Shown here: positions 50,838 to 60,544 of the stretch, one piece after another | How the letters are laid out: each line of letters opens with the position of its first letter | Numbering within the stretch: position 1 is the stretch's first letter | Assembly (NCBI GenBank): GCA_964497425.1 | Contig: CAZCCR010000004.1 | Coordinates: 6,345-70,344, forward strand | Source: an uncultured Gaiellales bacterium | GTDB taxonomy: Bacteria > Actinomycetota > Thermoleophilia > BMS3ABIN01 | DNA: 64,000 bases | Direction: 5' to 3' | Translations under genes and position numbers: made by a program | The notes under the pieces: model-generated | What the model was told of the DNA's origin: nothing | What the model saw: only the letters and a program-made list of their open reading frames with translations | The model's database searches: none

Positions 50838-52334
50838 CTATTTGGCCGCGGCGCCCTCCGCCGCCGTCTCCGCGTCGGTTTCCGGCTTCAGCGGCAGTCC
50901 CTGCAGATAACGGTCGATGGAACGGGACGCCACCTTGCCCGCGCCCATGGCGAGGATGACGGTGGCGGCGCCGGTGACGATGTCGCCGCCGGCGAAGACA
51001 CCTTCCTTGCTGGTGGCGAGCGTATCGGGGTCGGCCACGATGTTGCCCCACTTGTTGAGTTCCATGTCGGGAGTGGCCTGGGTCAGCACCGGGTTGGAGC
51101 GGGTACCCACGGCCATGATCACCACGTCGATGGGTATACGGCTCTCCGAGCCCTCCACCGGTACGGGGCGGCGCCTGCCGGAGTCGTCCGGCTCTCCCAG
51201 CTCCATCTGGATGACCTCGATCTCCTCGACCCAGCCCTCGTTATCGCCGACTATCTGCACCGGGTTGGTGAGCATGTGGAACTGGATGCCCTCTTCCTCA
51301 GCGTGGTGGATCTCCTCATTGCGCGCCGGCATCTCCTCCATGGAGCGCCGGTAGATCAGATGCACGTCGGCGCCGAGCCTCAGCGCCGTGCGGGCGGCGT
51401 CCATGGCCACGTTGCCGCCGCCGACCACTGCCACCTTCTTGCCCACCTTGATGGGCGTGTCGTATTCGGGGAACCTGAAGGCCTTCATCAGGTTGGCGCG
51501 GGTGAGGAACTCGTTGGCGGAGAAGACCCCGTTCAGGTTCTCACCCGGGATGTTCATGAAGATGGGCAGACCGGCGCCGTTGGCGACGAAGACCGCGTCA
51601 TGGCCGTTCTGAAGCATGTCGTCGATGGTCATGGTCTTGCCTATCACGTAATCGAGCTTTATCTCCACGCCCAGACTCTCCACGTACTCGCACTCGCGGT
51701 AGACGATGTCCTTGGGCAGACGGAACTCGGGGATACCGTAGGAGAGCACCCCGCCCGGCTTGTGCAGGGCCTCGTAGATGACCACATCATAGCCCATCTT
51801 GGCCAGTTCGCCGGCGCAGGTAAGGCCAGCGGGGCCTGAGCCGACCACGCCCACTTTCTTGCCCTTCTGCTCCGCGATTCCGGGCTTGGCAGCCGCACCC
51901 TGGGCGGCTTCCCAGTCGGCGGCGTAACGCTCCAACCGGCCGATGGCCACCGGGTCATGCTTCTTGCCCATGATACAGAGTTTCTCGCACTGCTCTTCCT
52001 GGGGACAGACGCGGCCGCAGACCGCCGGGAAGCTGGTGGTCTCCTTCAGCTTGGCGATGGCCGCCGCCGGATCCTCGTGGGCGATGGCGTTAATGAAGGC
52101 GGGGATGTCGATGCCCACGGGACAGCCCTCTACACACTTGGGCTTCTTGCACTGCAGGCAGCGTGTGGCCTCCGTCAGGGCCTGCTCGTCGGAGTAGCCC
52201 AGGGCCACCTCGTCGAAATTGGTCGCCCGCTCCCCGGCGTCCTGCTCGGGTATGGGCGTCCTCGGTATGGCCATGCGCTCCTTCTTGGAGAGCTCGCCCC
52301 TGCCCTGGTTATCCTTGTTCTTTACGTCAGACAT
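50838..52334 (-). CDS. nfnB: GltD-family NAD(P)H-dependent oxidoreductase (NfnB / glutamate-synthase-small-subunit-like)
   Basis: CLQCKKPKCVEGCPV...CGRVCPQEEQCEKLC 4Fe-4S pair, GSGPAGL FAD motif. Paired with an NfnA-like gene. The start may be the internal MAIPRTPIPEQD. Confidence 0.8.
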   Translation of the reverse strand: MSDVKNKDNQGRGELSKKERMAIPRTPIPEQDAGERATNFDEVALGYSDEQALTEATRCLQCKKPKCVEGCPVGIDIPAFINAIAHEDPAAAIAKLKETTSFPAVCGRVCPQEEQCEKLCIMGKKHDPVAIGRLERYAADWEAAQGAAAKPGIAEQKGKKVGVVGSGPAGLTCAGELAKMGYDVVIYEALHKPGGVLSYGIPEFRLPKDIVYRECEYVESLGVEIKLDYVIGKTMTIDDMLQNGHDAVFVANGAGLPIFMNIPGENLNGVFSANEFLTRANLMKAFRFPEYDTPIKVGKKVAVVGGGNVAMDAARTALRLGADVHLIYRRSMEEMPARNEEIHHAEEEGIQFHMLTNPVQIVGDNEGWVEEIEVIQMELGEPDDSGRRRPVPVEGSESRIPIDVVIMAVGTRSNPVLTQATPDMELNKWGNIVADPDTLATSKEGVFAGGDIVTGAATVILAMGAGKVASRSIDRYLQGLPLKPETDAETAAEGAAAK

Positions 52335-53167
52335 GCTTTATCACCCCGGCATTCCAGATAATAATCGTATGCTATCTTCTCCTGCTCCAGGTACTGGCGC
52401 TGGCGGGACATCAGCAGGTCGAAATCCACCTGATGGCCGTCGAACTCCGGCCCCTCCACACAGACGAAGCGGGTCTCGCCGCCGACATTGACGCGGCAGG
52501 CGCCGCACATGCCGGTGCCGTCCACCATGATGGAGTTGAGACTGACGATGGTCTTGACGCCGAAGGGCTCCGTGGTCTTGCAGCAGAACTTCATCATGAT
52601 CGCCGGCCCGATGGCGTACACCAGGTCGATGCCTCCGGCCTCGCATAGTTCCTTGATCGGCTCGGTCACCAGGCATTCCCGCCCGCAGGAACCATCATCG
52701 GTGGTCACTATCACCTCGTCGCTGACCTCTTTCATCCTGTCCTCCCAGAGCAGGAGTGACTTGGTGCGGGCCGCAACGATGGAGATCACCTTGTTGCCCG
52801 CCGCCTTCAGCTCCCGCGCGATGGGGAAGACAGGCGCCACGCCGACGCCGCCGCCGGCGCAGATGACCGTGCCGAAGTCCTCGATCTCGCTGGGCAGTCC
52901 CAAGGGCCCGATCACGTTGGCCAGGCTGTCGCCGGCGCCGTAGGTCTGGAGTTCGCGCGTGGTCTTGCCGATGGCCTGGACCACGATGGTCACCGTTCCC
53001 CGGTCGCGATCGAAATCGGCGATGGTGAGCGGGATACGCTCCCCCTCCTCGTGCAGCTTCACGATGAGGAACTGTCCCGCCTGGGCGGCTTTTGCCACCG
53101 CCGGGGCTTCGATGACCTGCATGTATGTGTCATCCGAATAGTCCTCTTTTTCCAGTATCTTGTACAT
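52322..53167 (-). CDS. nfnA: NfnA / sulfide-dehydrogenase-alpha-like FAD and 2Fe-2S electron transfer subunit
   Basis: PyrK-like fold, C-terminal GMCGACR cysteines. Confidence 0.8.
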   Translation of the reverse strand: MYKILEKEDYSDDTYMQVIEAPAVAKAAQAGQFLIVKLHEEGERIPLTIADFDRDRGTVTIVVQAIGKTTRELQTYGAGDSLANVIGPLGLPSEIEDFGTVICAGGGVGVAPVFPIARELKAAGNKVISIVAARTKSLLLWEDRMKEVSDEVIVTTDDGSCGRECLVTEPIKELCEAGGIDLVYAIGPAIMMKFCCKTTEPFGVKTIVSLNSIMVDGTGMCGACRVNVGGETRFVCVEGPEFDGHQVDFDLLMSRQRQYLEQEKIAYDYYLECRGDKACLT

Positions 53168-53188
53168 GGCCTCCTCTTGCGTTATGGG

Positions 53189-54550
53189 TTATAAGATACG
53201 TTTCAGCGCCGACCTTATCATGCCCGCCGCCCCCCTGCCCACCGGGCAGAGGGCCGTCACGACCAGCGTGTCTGCAAGCTCCCCCAGCGAAACCATGTCG
53301 GGAGGGAACTCCGCTATCATCTCCGCCATGCGCACCGAACCGATACGGCAGGGGACGCAATGTCCGCACAGATGCCCGGCGTTATAGGCGGCCATCTCCT
53401 GGGCGTTGGGATAGATATCCCTGCGGTCCCTCAGCATGTGCACCGTGCGCCAGCGGGGATTGTCCGCCGGTTTCAGGTCGGACATGCGCTGATCCAGCTG
53501 ACCCTCGGTGAGGAACACCCCGCACATGCCCCCCACCAGCGCCTGGGCGCCGGCATGGGTCCCCGCCCTGATGGCCAGGTCCCTGACGGTCACCGAGGCG
53601 TCGGCCTCGATGATGCCCGGGCTGTCCACGGCCCCCGATACACGGTAGAGCCTGGTATCGGAGGACTTGCCACCGGCGAGCACCGCGGTCACGTTGGCGA
53701 AGAGTTCACCGCTGTCGACTACCGACACCCGCCCGTGGACCCTGGAGCCGTCGCCTGACGCCGACGGTACAGGCCTGAGTCCGTTGATCACCGCCCTGGC
53801 GACCGAATCCTCCGAGCCGACCAGGCTGTCAGACCCCTGCACCAGTTCGACGGTGAAACCGTCACCTGCCGCCGCACCTGTCTGCTCGATTGCATCTTTC
53901 AGCCGACCGGCCCTGTCTTCCTCCAAAGGAGCCGTATAGATGAAACCTCCGCTCGCCCCCAGAGCGGCCGCGGCGCAATGCATACCTTCGATCACTGACC
54001 AGGGGTCACGGGCGAGCAGAGACGTGGCCTGACCGGCGATAGGATCGCCTTCATGACAGTTGGCTACTATCACCGGGCCTTCCGCCACCGCCGCCGCCTG
54101 CCATTCCTCACCTTTGCGCGTGAGCCTGCCCAGGACGACCTCCGCCAGCACCTGTTCCGGCTTCATATCCCCCCGGGTGCGGGACAGGGCCTGCATGCCC
54201 CCGCGCTGGCGGTAATCATCCAGGCTCTCCGGCGGCCGGTCGAACCTTGCCGTCAACGGGCCTGCCTCTACCAACTCCGCCTCTCCTGCCCGGATGATGC
54301 GGCTGAAGAACTCAGGCTCCTCTGTGGGCGGACTATGGAGCCGTCTGCCTTCTGTCTCTTCCTCGAATGAGAACTCCGGATAGGAGGCGGCGACCCCGTA
54401 GATCCTGGAGAGCGATACGGCATGGCGGCCGGCAAGCTCAGTGAGCCCGGCCCGGGGCAGAAGCCCGTGCTCCCTCTGCAGATCCCTCAGGGATTCAACC
54501 AGCAGCCCTGCGGCCGGTTCTTTGTCTTTTGCCCGGTCTGCCGTGACCAT
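53189..54550 (-). CDS. NuoF-like (NADH dehydrogenase 51 kDa-type) protein with an N-terminal NuoE-like segment and a degenerate FMN/NADH site
   Basis: VIVANCHEGDPIAGQ...IEGM...GGFIY and CGHCVPCRIG align to NuoF. The GAGAYICGEETAL motif is replaced by GSDSLVGSEDSVA. Confidence 0.6.
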   Translation of the reverse strand: MVTADRAKDKEPAAGLLVESLRDLQREHGLLPRAGLTELAGRHAVSLSRIYGVAASYPEFSFEEETEGRRLHSPPTEEPEFFSRIIRAGEAELVEAGPLTARFDRPPESLDDYRQRGGMQALSRTRGDMKPEQVLAEVVLGRLTRKGEEWQAAAVAEGPVIVANCHEGDPIAGQATSLLARDPWSVIEGMHCAAAALGASGGFIYTAPLEEDRAGRLKDAIEQTGAAAGDGFTVELVQGSDSLVGSEDSVARAVINGLRPVPSASGDGSRVHGRVSVVDSGELFANVTAVLAGGKSSDTRLYRVSGAVDSPGIIEADASVTVRDLAIRAGTHAGAQALVGGMCGVFLTEGQLDQRMSDLKPADNPRWRTVHMLRDRRDIYPNAQEMAAYNAGHLCGHCVPCRIGSVRMAEMIAEFPPDMVSLGELADTLVVTALCPVGRGAAGMIRSALKRIL

Positions 54551-54594
54551 GGATCCCGTGCCTTTCCTCCCTTCGCGGCCTCCGCCGGCGACCT

Positions 54595-55383
54595 CTACTT
54601 GAGCTCCGCGTCGGAGATGGAATAGAGCGATTCGTTCTTCAGCGCCTTCACCAGCCGGATCGTCCGCATCATCTCCGGGTCCTTGGCGTTGACGATGGCC
54701 GACGTCATGCCGCAGGCCGCCAGCATCGGCAGGAAAGCGCGGTCGATGGCGCTCCTCAGCTCATCCGGAGCGCCGTTGGAGGTGTTGGAAAGGCCACAGG
54801 TGGTCTGGACGTTGGGCTCGAAGACCTCCGGCAGCATCCTCAGGACTTCCTGGACGGCGACGGCGTGGGCCTGGCCCACCTCCACGCCGATGGGCAGGAT
54901 GATGGGGTCTATCCAGATACGCTCGTTTGGCACTCCCGCTTCGTTGGCCGCGGCTACGATCTCCGCAGCGATGGCGATGCGCTCGTTGGCGTCTATGGGG
55001 ATATGGGTCGACATGGTCAGCCCGATTATCTCGCACTCGTACTTGGCCGCCAGGGGCAGGATATTCTCCATCTTGTCCGGCTGGGCGCTGAAGGAGTTGA
55101 GCAGAGGCTTCTTCTTGCAGGCCTGGATGCCCGCTTCCATGGCCTCGTGGTTGCTGGTGTCCAGACACAGCTGCAGATCGGTGACTTCCTGCACCGTGTT
55201 CACCACCCACTCCATCATCTCCGGTCCGCCCTTCCGCGCCGGGCCCAGGTTGATGTCCAGCAGGTCGGCGCCGGCCGCGGTGCAGTCCTTCGCCATCTGC
55301 TGGATGGGCTCGGCCTGGCGGTCCTTCATGGCGGCGCCGATGCTTTTCGACATCACGTTGATGTTCTCTGCGATTGCCTTCAT
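54595..55383 (-). CDS. acsE: methyltetrahydrofolate:corrinoid iron-sulfur protein methyltransferase
   Basis: Pterin-binding TIM-barrel (DINLGP..., LCLDTSN, GLSN). Confidence 0.88.
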   Translation of the reverse strand: MKAIAENINVMSKSIGAAMKDRQAEPIQQMAKDCTAAGADLLDINLGPARKGGPEMMEWVVNTVQEVTDLQLCLDTSNHEAMEAGIQACKKKPLLNSFSAQPDKMENILPLAAKYECEIIGLTMSTHIPIDANERIAIAAEIVAAANEAGVPNERIWIDPIILPIGVEVGQAHAVAVQEVLRMLPEVFEPNVQTTCGLSNTSNGAPDELRSAIDRAFLPMLAACGMTSAIVNAKDPEMMRTIRLVKALKNESLYSISDAELK

Positions 55384-55410
55384 TCAGCCTCCTTAAAGCT
55401 GCTTTTTATC

Positions 55411-56331
55411 CTATAACGACAGGGAGCCGGGTTTCAGCCCGGCGCGTGATGTTATCTCCGGTACCGCCTCTTCCCACTCGACGGCCATGATATGCACCCC
55501 GGCCACGCCCTCCACCTCACGCACCCGGTTTATCACGTCGACGCAGATGTTCATCCCCTCGTCCTGGGCGTCCTCCGCCGCCGACATACGCTCTACCACC
55601 TCATCGGGCACGTCCATGCCGGCAACCCGGCTCTTCATGTATTTGGCCATGCCGGCGCTCTTCAGCGGCGCCACGCCGGCGAGGATGCGGCAACGCTCCG
55701 TCACCCCCAGCTCGCGGCACTGGGCCATGAACTGCTCGAACTTGTCCACGTTGTAGATGATCTGTGTCTGCACGAAATCGATGCCCGCATCCACCTTCTT
55801 GGCCAGGCGGATGGCGCGGAAGGGGAAGGGATCGGCGTAAGGGTTGGCGGCGGCGCCGATCAGGAGTTCCGGCGCCTTGGTGATCTCCTCGCCGCACTGG
55901 AAGGCGGGGACGTCCCGCATCTCCTTCACCATCTTTATCAGGGTAACCGAGTCCAGGTCATAGACGCCCTTGGACTTGGGGTGATTACCGAAGCTCTGGT
56001 GGTCGCCGGTGAGGCAGAGCAGGTTCCTCACCCCCAGGGACGCCGCGCCGAGGATGTCCGCCTGCATCGCCAGGCGGTTGCGGTCGCGGCAGGTCATCTG
56101 CATGATGGGCTCCAGGCCCTGTTCGATGACGAGCTTTGCCGCCGCCATGCTGCTCATGCGGGCGATGGCCGTCTGGTTGTCGGTGATATTGACGGCATCG
56201 GCATGGCCCTTGAGGATGCCGGCCTTGTCTATGATCACCTGCGGATCGGCGCCCTTGGGGGGCCCCAGCTCGGCAGTGACAGCGAAGGCTCCGGCCTCAA
56301 GCACCTTTTCCAGTGTCGACCCGGACTTCAT
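55411..56331 (-). CDS. metF: 5,10-methylenetetrahydrofolate reductase
   Basis: MetF fold (VTAELGPP...ITDNQ...LTGD). ATG at 56329-56331 in an ATGA overlap with metV. The ORF-track 46-aa extension is discarded. Confidence 0.88.
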   Translation of the reverse strand: MKSGSTLEKVLEAGAFAVTAELGPPKGADPQVIIDKAGILKGHADAVNITDNQTAIARMSSMAAAKLVIEQGLEPIMQMTCRDRNRLAMQADILGAASLGVRNLLCLTGDHQSFGNHPKSKGVYDLDSVTLIKMVKEMRDVPAFQCGEEITKAPELLIGAAANPYADPFPFRAIRLAKKVDAGIDFVQTQIIYNVDKFEQFMAQCRELGVTERCRILAGVAPLKSAGMAKYMKSRVAGMDVPDEVVERMSAAEDAQDEGMNICVDVINRVREVEGVAGVHIMAVEWEEAVPEITSRAGLKPGSLSL

Positions 56332-56996
56332 GGCTTGAATCCTTCCTTCCTGAATGTCCGAGGGCCGCCATGCTTGGACCAGGACCAGTTCCTGGGTCCG
56401 AGTATCTTCGTGAGCTCGTCCTCCATGCCCAGGCGGGTGAGCCGGTCGTGGATGGACTGCCAGATGCACTCGACGTCAGGCGATATCTCGCAGCGGCCGT
56501 CCTGGGAGCCGCCACAGGGGCCGTTGAGCAGCTCCTTGGCGCAGCGGGCGATGGGACAGAGGCCGCCGGTATACTGGATGACGCAGTCGCCGCAGGCGAC
56601 GCAGTACTCGCTCCAGGTCTGATGTTCCTTTACCATGCCCAGCATGTTGGTGTTCATGCCGGGCACCACGCGCACGTCCTGGTAGCGCTCCGCCAGCGCC
56701 TGGGGACCGATGCTGCAGGCGGTGGAGAGGATGAGGTCGCGCCCCTCCACCTGCTCTTTTATCTCTTCGATATACTCTTTCTCGCACTGCCTCAGCACCG
56801 TCACCGTCTCCACCGTGCCGCCCAGACCCTGGTGGCGGCGATACAGCCTGAGTTTAGCGGCCAGCTGTTCCGCTTCCTTCTCGCCGCCGGTGAGGCAGAC
56901 CGCCACACAGGTGTTGCAGCCCACCACCAGGATGTTCTGGTAAGGATCGGTGAACTGTTTGATCTTTCGGAAAGGTTTTGGTTTGGCGACGATCAT
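56328..56996 (-). CDS. metV: methylene-THF reductase C-terminal-domain-like zinc-finger subunit
   Basis: Cys-rich (CNTCVAVC, CVACGDC, CPIARCAKELLNGPCGG). Adjacent to and coupled with metF. ATG at 56996 overlaps the upstream stop (ATGA). Confidence 0.8.
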   Translation of the reverse strand: MIVAKPKPFRKIKQFTDPYQNILVVGCNTCVAVCLTGGEKEAEQLAAKLRLYRRHQGLGGTVETVTVLRQCEKEYIEEIKEQVEGRDLILSTACSIGPQALAERYQDVRVVPGMNTNMLGMVKEHQTWSEYCVACGDCVIQYTGGLCPIARCAKELLNGPCGGSQDGRCEISPDVECIWQSIHDRLTRLGMEDELTKILGPRNWSWSKHGGPRTFRKEGFKP

Positions 56997-58996
56997 GAGG
57001 CGACGCCTTTCAGGCATCTCTTCTCGGCCACTACCGTGAGTTCTATCAGATCGGGGTCCATACCGATATCCTCCAGGGCGGCCCGGGCTTCATCCACCGC
57101 CGCCCGGGTCTGCCGGTGGCCGTGGATGAAATGGCCGTCGTCGTCATCGCTGCAGACGGCCACGTATACCTTCTCCGCTCCCGCTTCCAGCGCCCTCAGC
57201 AGCATGTTGACGCTGAGCCTGCCGGTGCAGGGCAGCATCACCGCCCTGGCTTCAGGCGCCACCCGCGTCTGTGGATACCAGCATCCGAACTCCAGGGAGC
57301 CGCCCTCGGCCATGGCGGCGTCTATCCGCGTCATGATCTCCTCCTCGGAGAGCACGGCCAGGTCGATAGCCTTGGCCGGGCACTGGCTGAAGCAGATGCC
57401 GCAGGCCTGGCATGCGTCCGGATCGATACCCATCATGCCGTCCTTGTCGGCGGCGGGCGCCCCGTAGGGGCAGACGCGGACACAGGTGAGGCAGGAGACG
57501 CACTTGAGCTGGGAGTAACGGGCGCCGCTACCGCAAAGCAGGCAGCGGGATGCCTCACAGCGGGCATCGACCTCATCCAGGCCGGTCTCCACCTCACCGA
57601 AATCGGCGATACGCTTCTCCGCGGCCCGGGCGGGCATCTGCCGCCGCGGCGCCTTCTTTATCTTCTCGTCACGGACGCCGGCGGGAAGTTCGCCTATCTC
57701 CCGGGGCTCGGGGTAATCCGCCGCTTCGATGCCCAGGAAGCGGGCGATGGCGATGGCGGCCCGCTTGCCGCTGGCCAGGGCGCTTACCGCCGCCCCCGGC
57801 CCGGTGACGACCTCACCGCTGGCGAAGACACCCGGACTGGTGGTAGCCTGACGCCTGGGATCGAAAACCAGCAGTCCCCGCTGGTCCAGCTCCGGTCCGC
57901 TGTCGGGTACGAAGGAGAGGTCCGACATCTGGCCGATGGCGATGATGACCGTGTCGCCGGGGATAGTGGAAAGCTCCGTCTCGCAGAAAGTGGGCGCGAA
58001 GCGGCCGCTCTCGTCGAAGACCGACTCGCACTTCTTCACCTCCAGCCCTTCGACCCTGCCGTCACCGACGATGGCATTGGGGCCCTGGCTGCAGACTATC
58101 TCGATACCCTCATCGCGGGCGTCCCTGATCTCCCAGTCATGGGCCGGCATCTCGTAGTCCGCCTCCAGGCAGACCATGGTGACTTTGCCGCCCGAGACCC
58201 GCCGCGCCGAGCGCGCCACATCGATGGCCACATTGCCGCCGCCGATGACGATGATCTCCTCGCCCAGGTCCACTTCGCGTCCGGCGTTCACGTCCTCGAG
58301 GAACGGCACCGCCAGGTAGACTCGGGGCATGTCCGCCCCGGGCAGTGGTATGGAACGGCTCCGGGAGAGGCCTACGGCGATGAGGACGGCGTCGAACTCC
58401 TCATCCAGCTGCTGAAAGGTCACATCGCCGCCTATGGCTACGCCGGTCCTGATCTCCACTCCCATATCTTCGATATAACGGATGTCCTGGTCGAGGATGT
58501 CCCTGGGCAGACGGTAGTTGAGGATACCCGTCCGCAGGAACCCCCCCGCTTCCGGCTGCCGCTCGAAGATGACCGGCTTCACGCCCATCAGCGCCAGGTC
58601 GTGGGCTGCGGCCAGCCCCGAAGGCCCGGAACCGATGATGGCCACCTGCCTGCCGCTCTTGAACTCCGGCCGTGGCGGCGCCGGCGCCTCTGCCGCGGCG
58701 GCGGCCCCGTCGCCCGCCGCCCGTTTGAGATTGCAGATGGCGATGGGTTCGTCAACCTGCCCGCGCCGACACTCGTCCTCACAGGGATGGGCGCATATCC
58801 TGCCTATCACCTGGGGCAGCGGGTTGGTCTCCCTTACCACCGCCAGCGCATCGGCATAACGGCCCTCAGCCACCAGCTGTACGTATCGCTGTACATCGGT
58901 GTGGATGGGACAGGCGACCTCGCAGGGAGGACGCAGCCCCGTATCGGCCGGTACCGGCCGCGAGAAAGATCGATTCTGGGTTCGGCTCAACGTCAT
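56993..58996 (-). CDS. GltD-like NAD(P)H:FAD oxidoreductase fused to a 2x[4Fe-4S] ferredoxin and an MvhD-like domain (Hdr/Mvh-type electron-transfer partner of MetFV)
   Basis: N-terminal CEVACPIH...GRICAHPCEDEC (GltD 4Fe-4S), IIGSGPSGL, CGSGARYS...CVSCLTCVRVCPYG...CQACGICFSQCP, C-terminal MvhD-like Cys motifs. Confidence 0.7.
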   Translation of the reverse strand: MTLSRTQNRSFSRPVPADTGLRPPCEVACPIHTDVQRYVQLVAEGRYADALAVVRETNPLPQVIGRICAHPCEDECRRGQVDEPIAICNLKRAAGDGAAAAAEAPAPPRPEFKSGRQVAIIGSGPSGLAAAHDLALMGVKPVIFERQPEAGGFLRTGILNYRLPRDILDQDIRYIEDMGVEIRTGVAIGGDVTFQQLDEEFDAVLIAVGLSRSRSIPLPGADMPRVYLAVPFLEDVNAGREVDLGEEIIVIGGGNVAIDVARSARRVSGGKVTMVCLEADYEMPAHDWEIRDARDEGIEIVCSQGPNAIVGDGRVEGLEVKKCESVFDESGRFAPTFCETELSTIPGDTVIIAIGQMSDLSFVPDSGPELDQRGLLVFDPRRQATTSPGVFASGEVVTGPGAAVSALASGKRAAIAIARFLGIEAADYPEPREIGELPAGVRDEKIKKAPRRQMPARAAEKRIADFGEVETGLDEVDARCEASRCLLCGSGARYSQLKCVSCLTCVRVCPYGAPAADKDGMMGIDPDACQACGICFSQCPAKAIDLAVLSEEEIMTRIDAAMAEGGSLEFGCWYPQTRVAPEARAVMLPCTGRLSVNMLLRALEAGAEKVYVAVCSDDDDGHFIHGHRQTRAAVDEARAALEDIGMDPDLIELTVVAEKRCLKGVAS

Positions 58997-59071
58997 GGCA
59001 GGGCTGATCCAGGTCGTTTACATTAACGTGCACGGAAGCGCCGGGCGGCCGGCCCAACGGCCGTCCGCAGT

Positions 59072-60418
59072 TCAGTTATCGCTCAGTTGCCGCAGGTACT
59101 TGGGGATGTCCGCCGCCTCACGCACTCCCACCTGCACCTCCCAGCCTTCACCCAGCTCCTCTTCCAGCTCGCCGGAGATCTGGGCCACATAGCCGGGGAT
59201 GGTCACCTTCTTATGAGGCGCTTTCTCATCGATGCCGCTCTTCTTCAGGAAGGGCGCAATGGCGTCGGCGACGAACTTGCCCGCCGCCCAGGCGGTCAGC
59301 ACCGACTGTCCTTCCACATCCATGATACACAGCCAGGCAGGCACCTTGCTGGCCTCCACCTCGGAAGAGACGGTGAAATATGTCAGCGAGAAGTTGGTGG
59401 TTACCAGGATGGGTGAGCTTTCATCCGGATCGTTGATGGGATAGACCCCCTGGTCCATCTGCATGGGACGCTGCGGGTCGGTGTAGATGTTCTGGCTCAG
59501 GTAGAGCAGGGGCATCACCCGGGCCGGGTCCAGGTCGGAGAGGATGATGATGCCGGCGTATTTGGCTACGAAAGTCGAGGCGAATACCGCCTCCTGCAGC
59601 TTGTCGTCGGTCATGTCGCAGGGGAAGCCGATGGTGGGGAAACCGAAGGGCCGGAAGGTCTGCTTCACCGCTGCGCGGCGGATGAGCGTCTGGTCCATCA
59701 GCACGTCGCCCAGGGACGCCGACGACGGGTCCAGCACGACCTCCTTGAAATCGCCGTCCACACATCTCTGTCCCAGGTCGGCCAGTTTCTCCAGGGAGTC
59801 GGCCTTGATGGCGAAGGGTACGTCCAGCTCCTTTGCCACGGCGGCGACATCATCGAAGTTGGACTCGGTGGCCGCGTACAGCAGCGGTTTCTTCTCCTTC
59901 AGGGGTTCGGCGGCGGCCTTCAGCGCCGCGGCGTCCTCATTCATCAGAACCAGGGCGGCCCCGGCCTTCTCGTCGGCCCTGGCCGCCAGCTCCGCCAGCC
60001 TGGCGCCGTCGTCAGCCTTTATCGCCGCCATCCTCGGGCGCAGGGTCTGTCCCACGTAGTTGAACTCCTGCTGTGCCAGCTGCCCGAGGATGGAATCGAC
60101 TTCGCCGTCGTCCATGTCGGCAGTGATCAGCACTCCCAGTCCCGGCATGTGCTCGAAACGCTTCTCATGCCGGTAAAGAACGGTCTCCTCGCCGATGGTC
60201 ACAGCCAGATCGCCGGCGCCGATGGTGACCTTCCGCACCGGCGGCGCGGAGGCCTCACCCAGCTCGGCCTTCGCCTCGTCGGAGACATAAGGGCACCCAT
60301 CCAGCTCTGCCTTCCCCGCCGCCAGCTGCATGGCGAATGCCATACAGGTGGCCTGGCCGCATTCCTTGCAGTTGGTCTTGGGAAGCAGTTTGAATATTTG
60401 CAGACCGCTCAGAGCCAC
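59072..60418 (-). CDS. acsC: corrinoid iron-sulfur protein large subunit (CFeSP gamma)
   Basis: NCKECGQATCMAFAMQLA 4Fe-4S N-terminus plus TIM-barrel and corrinoid-binding domains. Confidence 0.9.
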   Translation of the reverse strand: MALSGLQIFKLLPKTNCKECGQATCMAFAMQLAAGKAELDGCPYVSDEAKAELGEASAPPVRKVTIGAGDLAVTIGEETVLYRHEKRFEHMPGLGVLITADMDDGEVDSILGQLAQQEFNYVGQTLRPRMAAIKADDGARLAELAARADEKAGAALVLMNEDAAALKAAAEPLKEKKPLLYAATESNFDDVAAVAKELDVPFAIKADSLEKLADLGQRCVDGDFKEVVLDPSSASLGDVLMDQTLIRRAAVKQTFRPFGFPTIGFPCDMTDDKLQEAVFASTFVAKYAGIIILSDLDPARVMPLLYLSQNIYTDPQRPMQMDQGVYPINDPDESSPILVTTNFSLTYFTVSSEVEASKVPAWLCIMDVEGQSVLTAWAAGKFVADAIAPFLKKSGIDEKAPHKKVTIPGYVAQISGELEEELGEGWEVQVGVREAADIPKYLRQLSDN

Positions 60419-60544
60419 TGACTACACTCCCTTCATCGCTTTACGGGACACTTATCACGTGGATACCATGCCTGTTTCGCCTCGCGTGTAGGACAGATAC
60501 CGTCTCACATCCCGCGGAACAGGCCAGGCGTCCCCCTGTTCATA

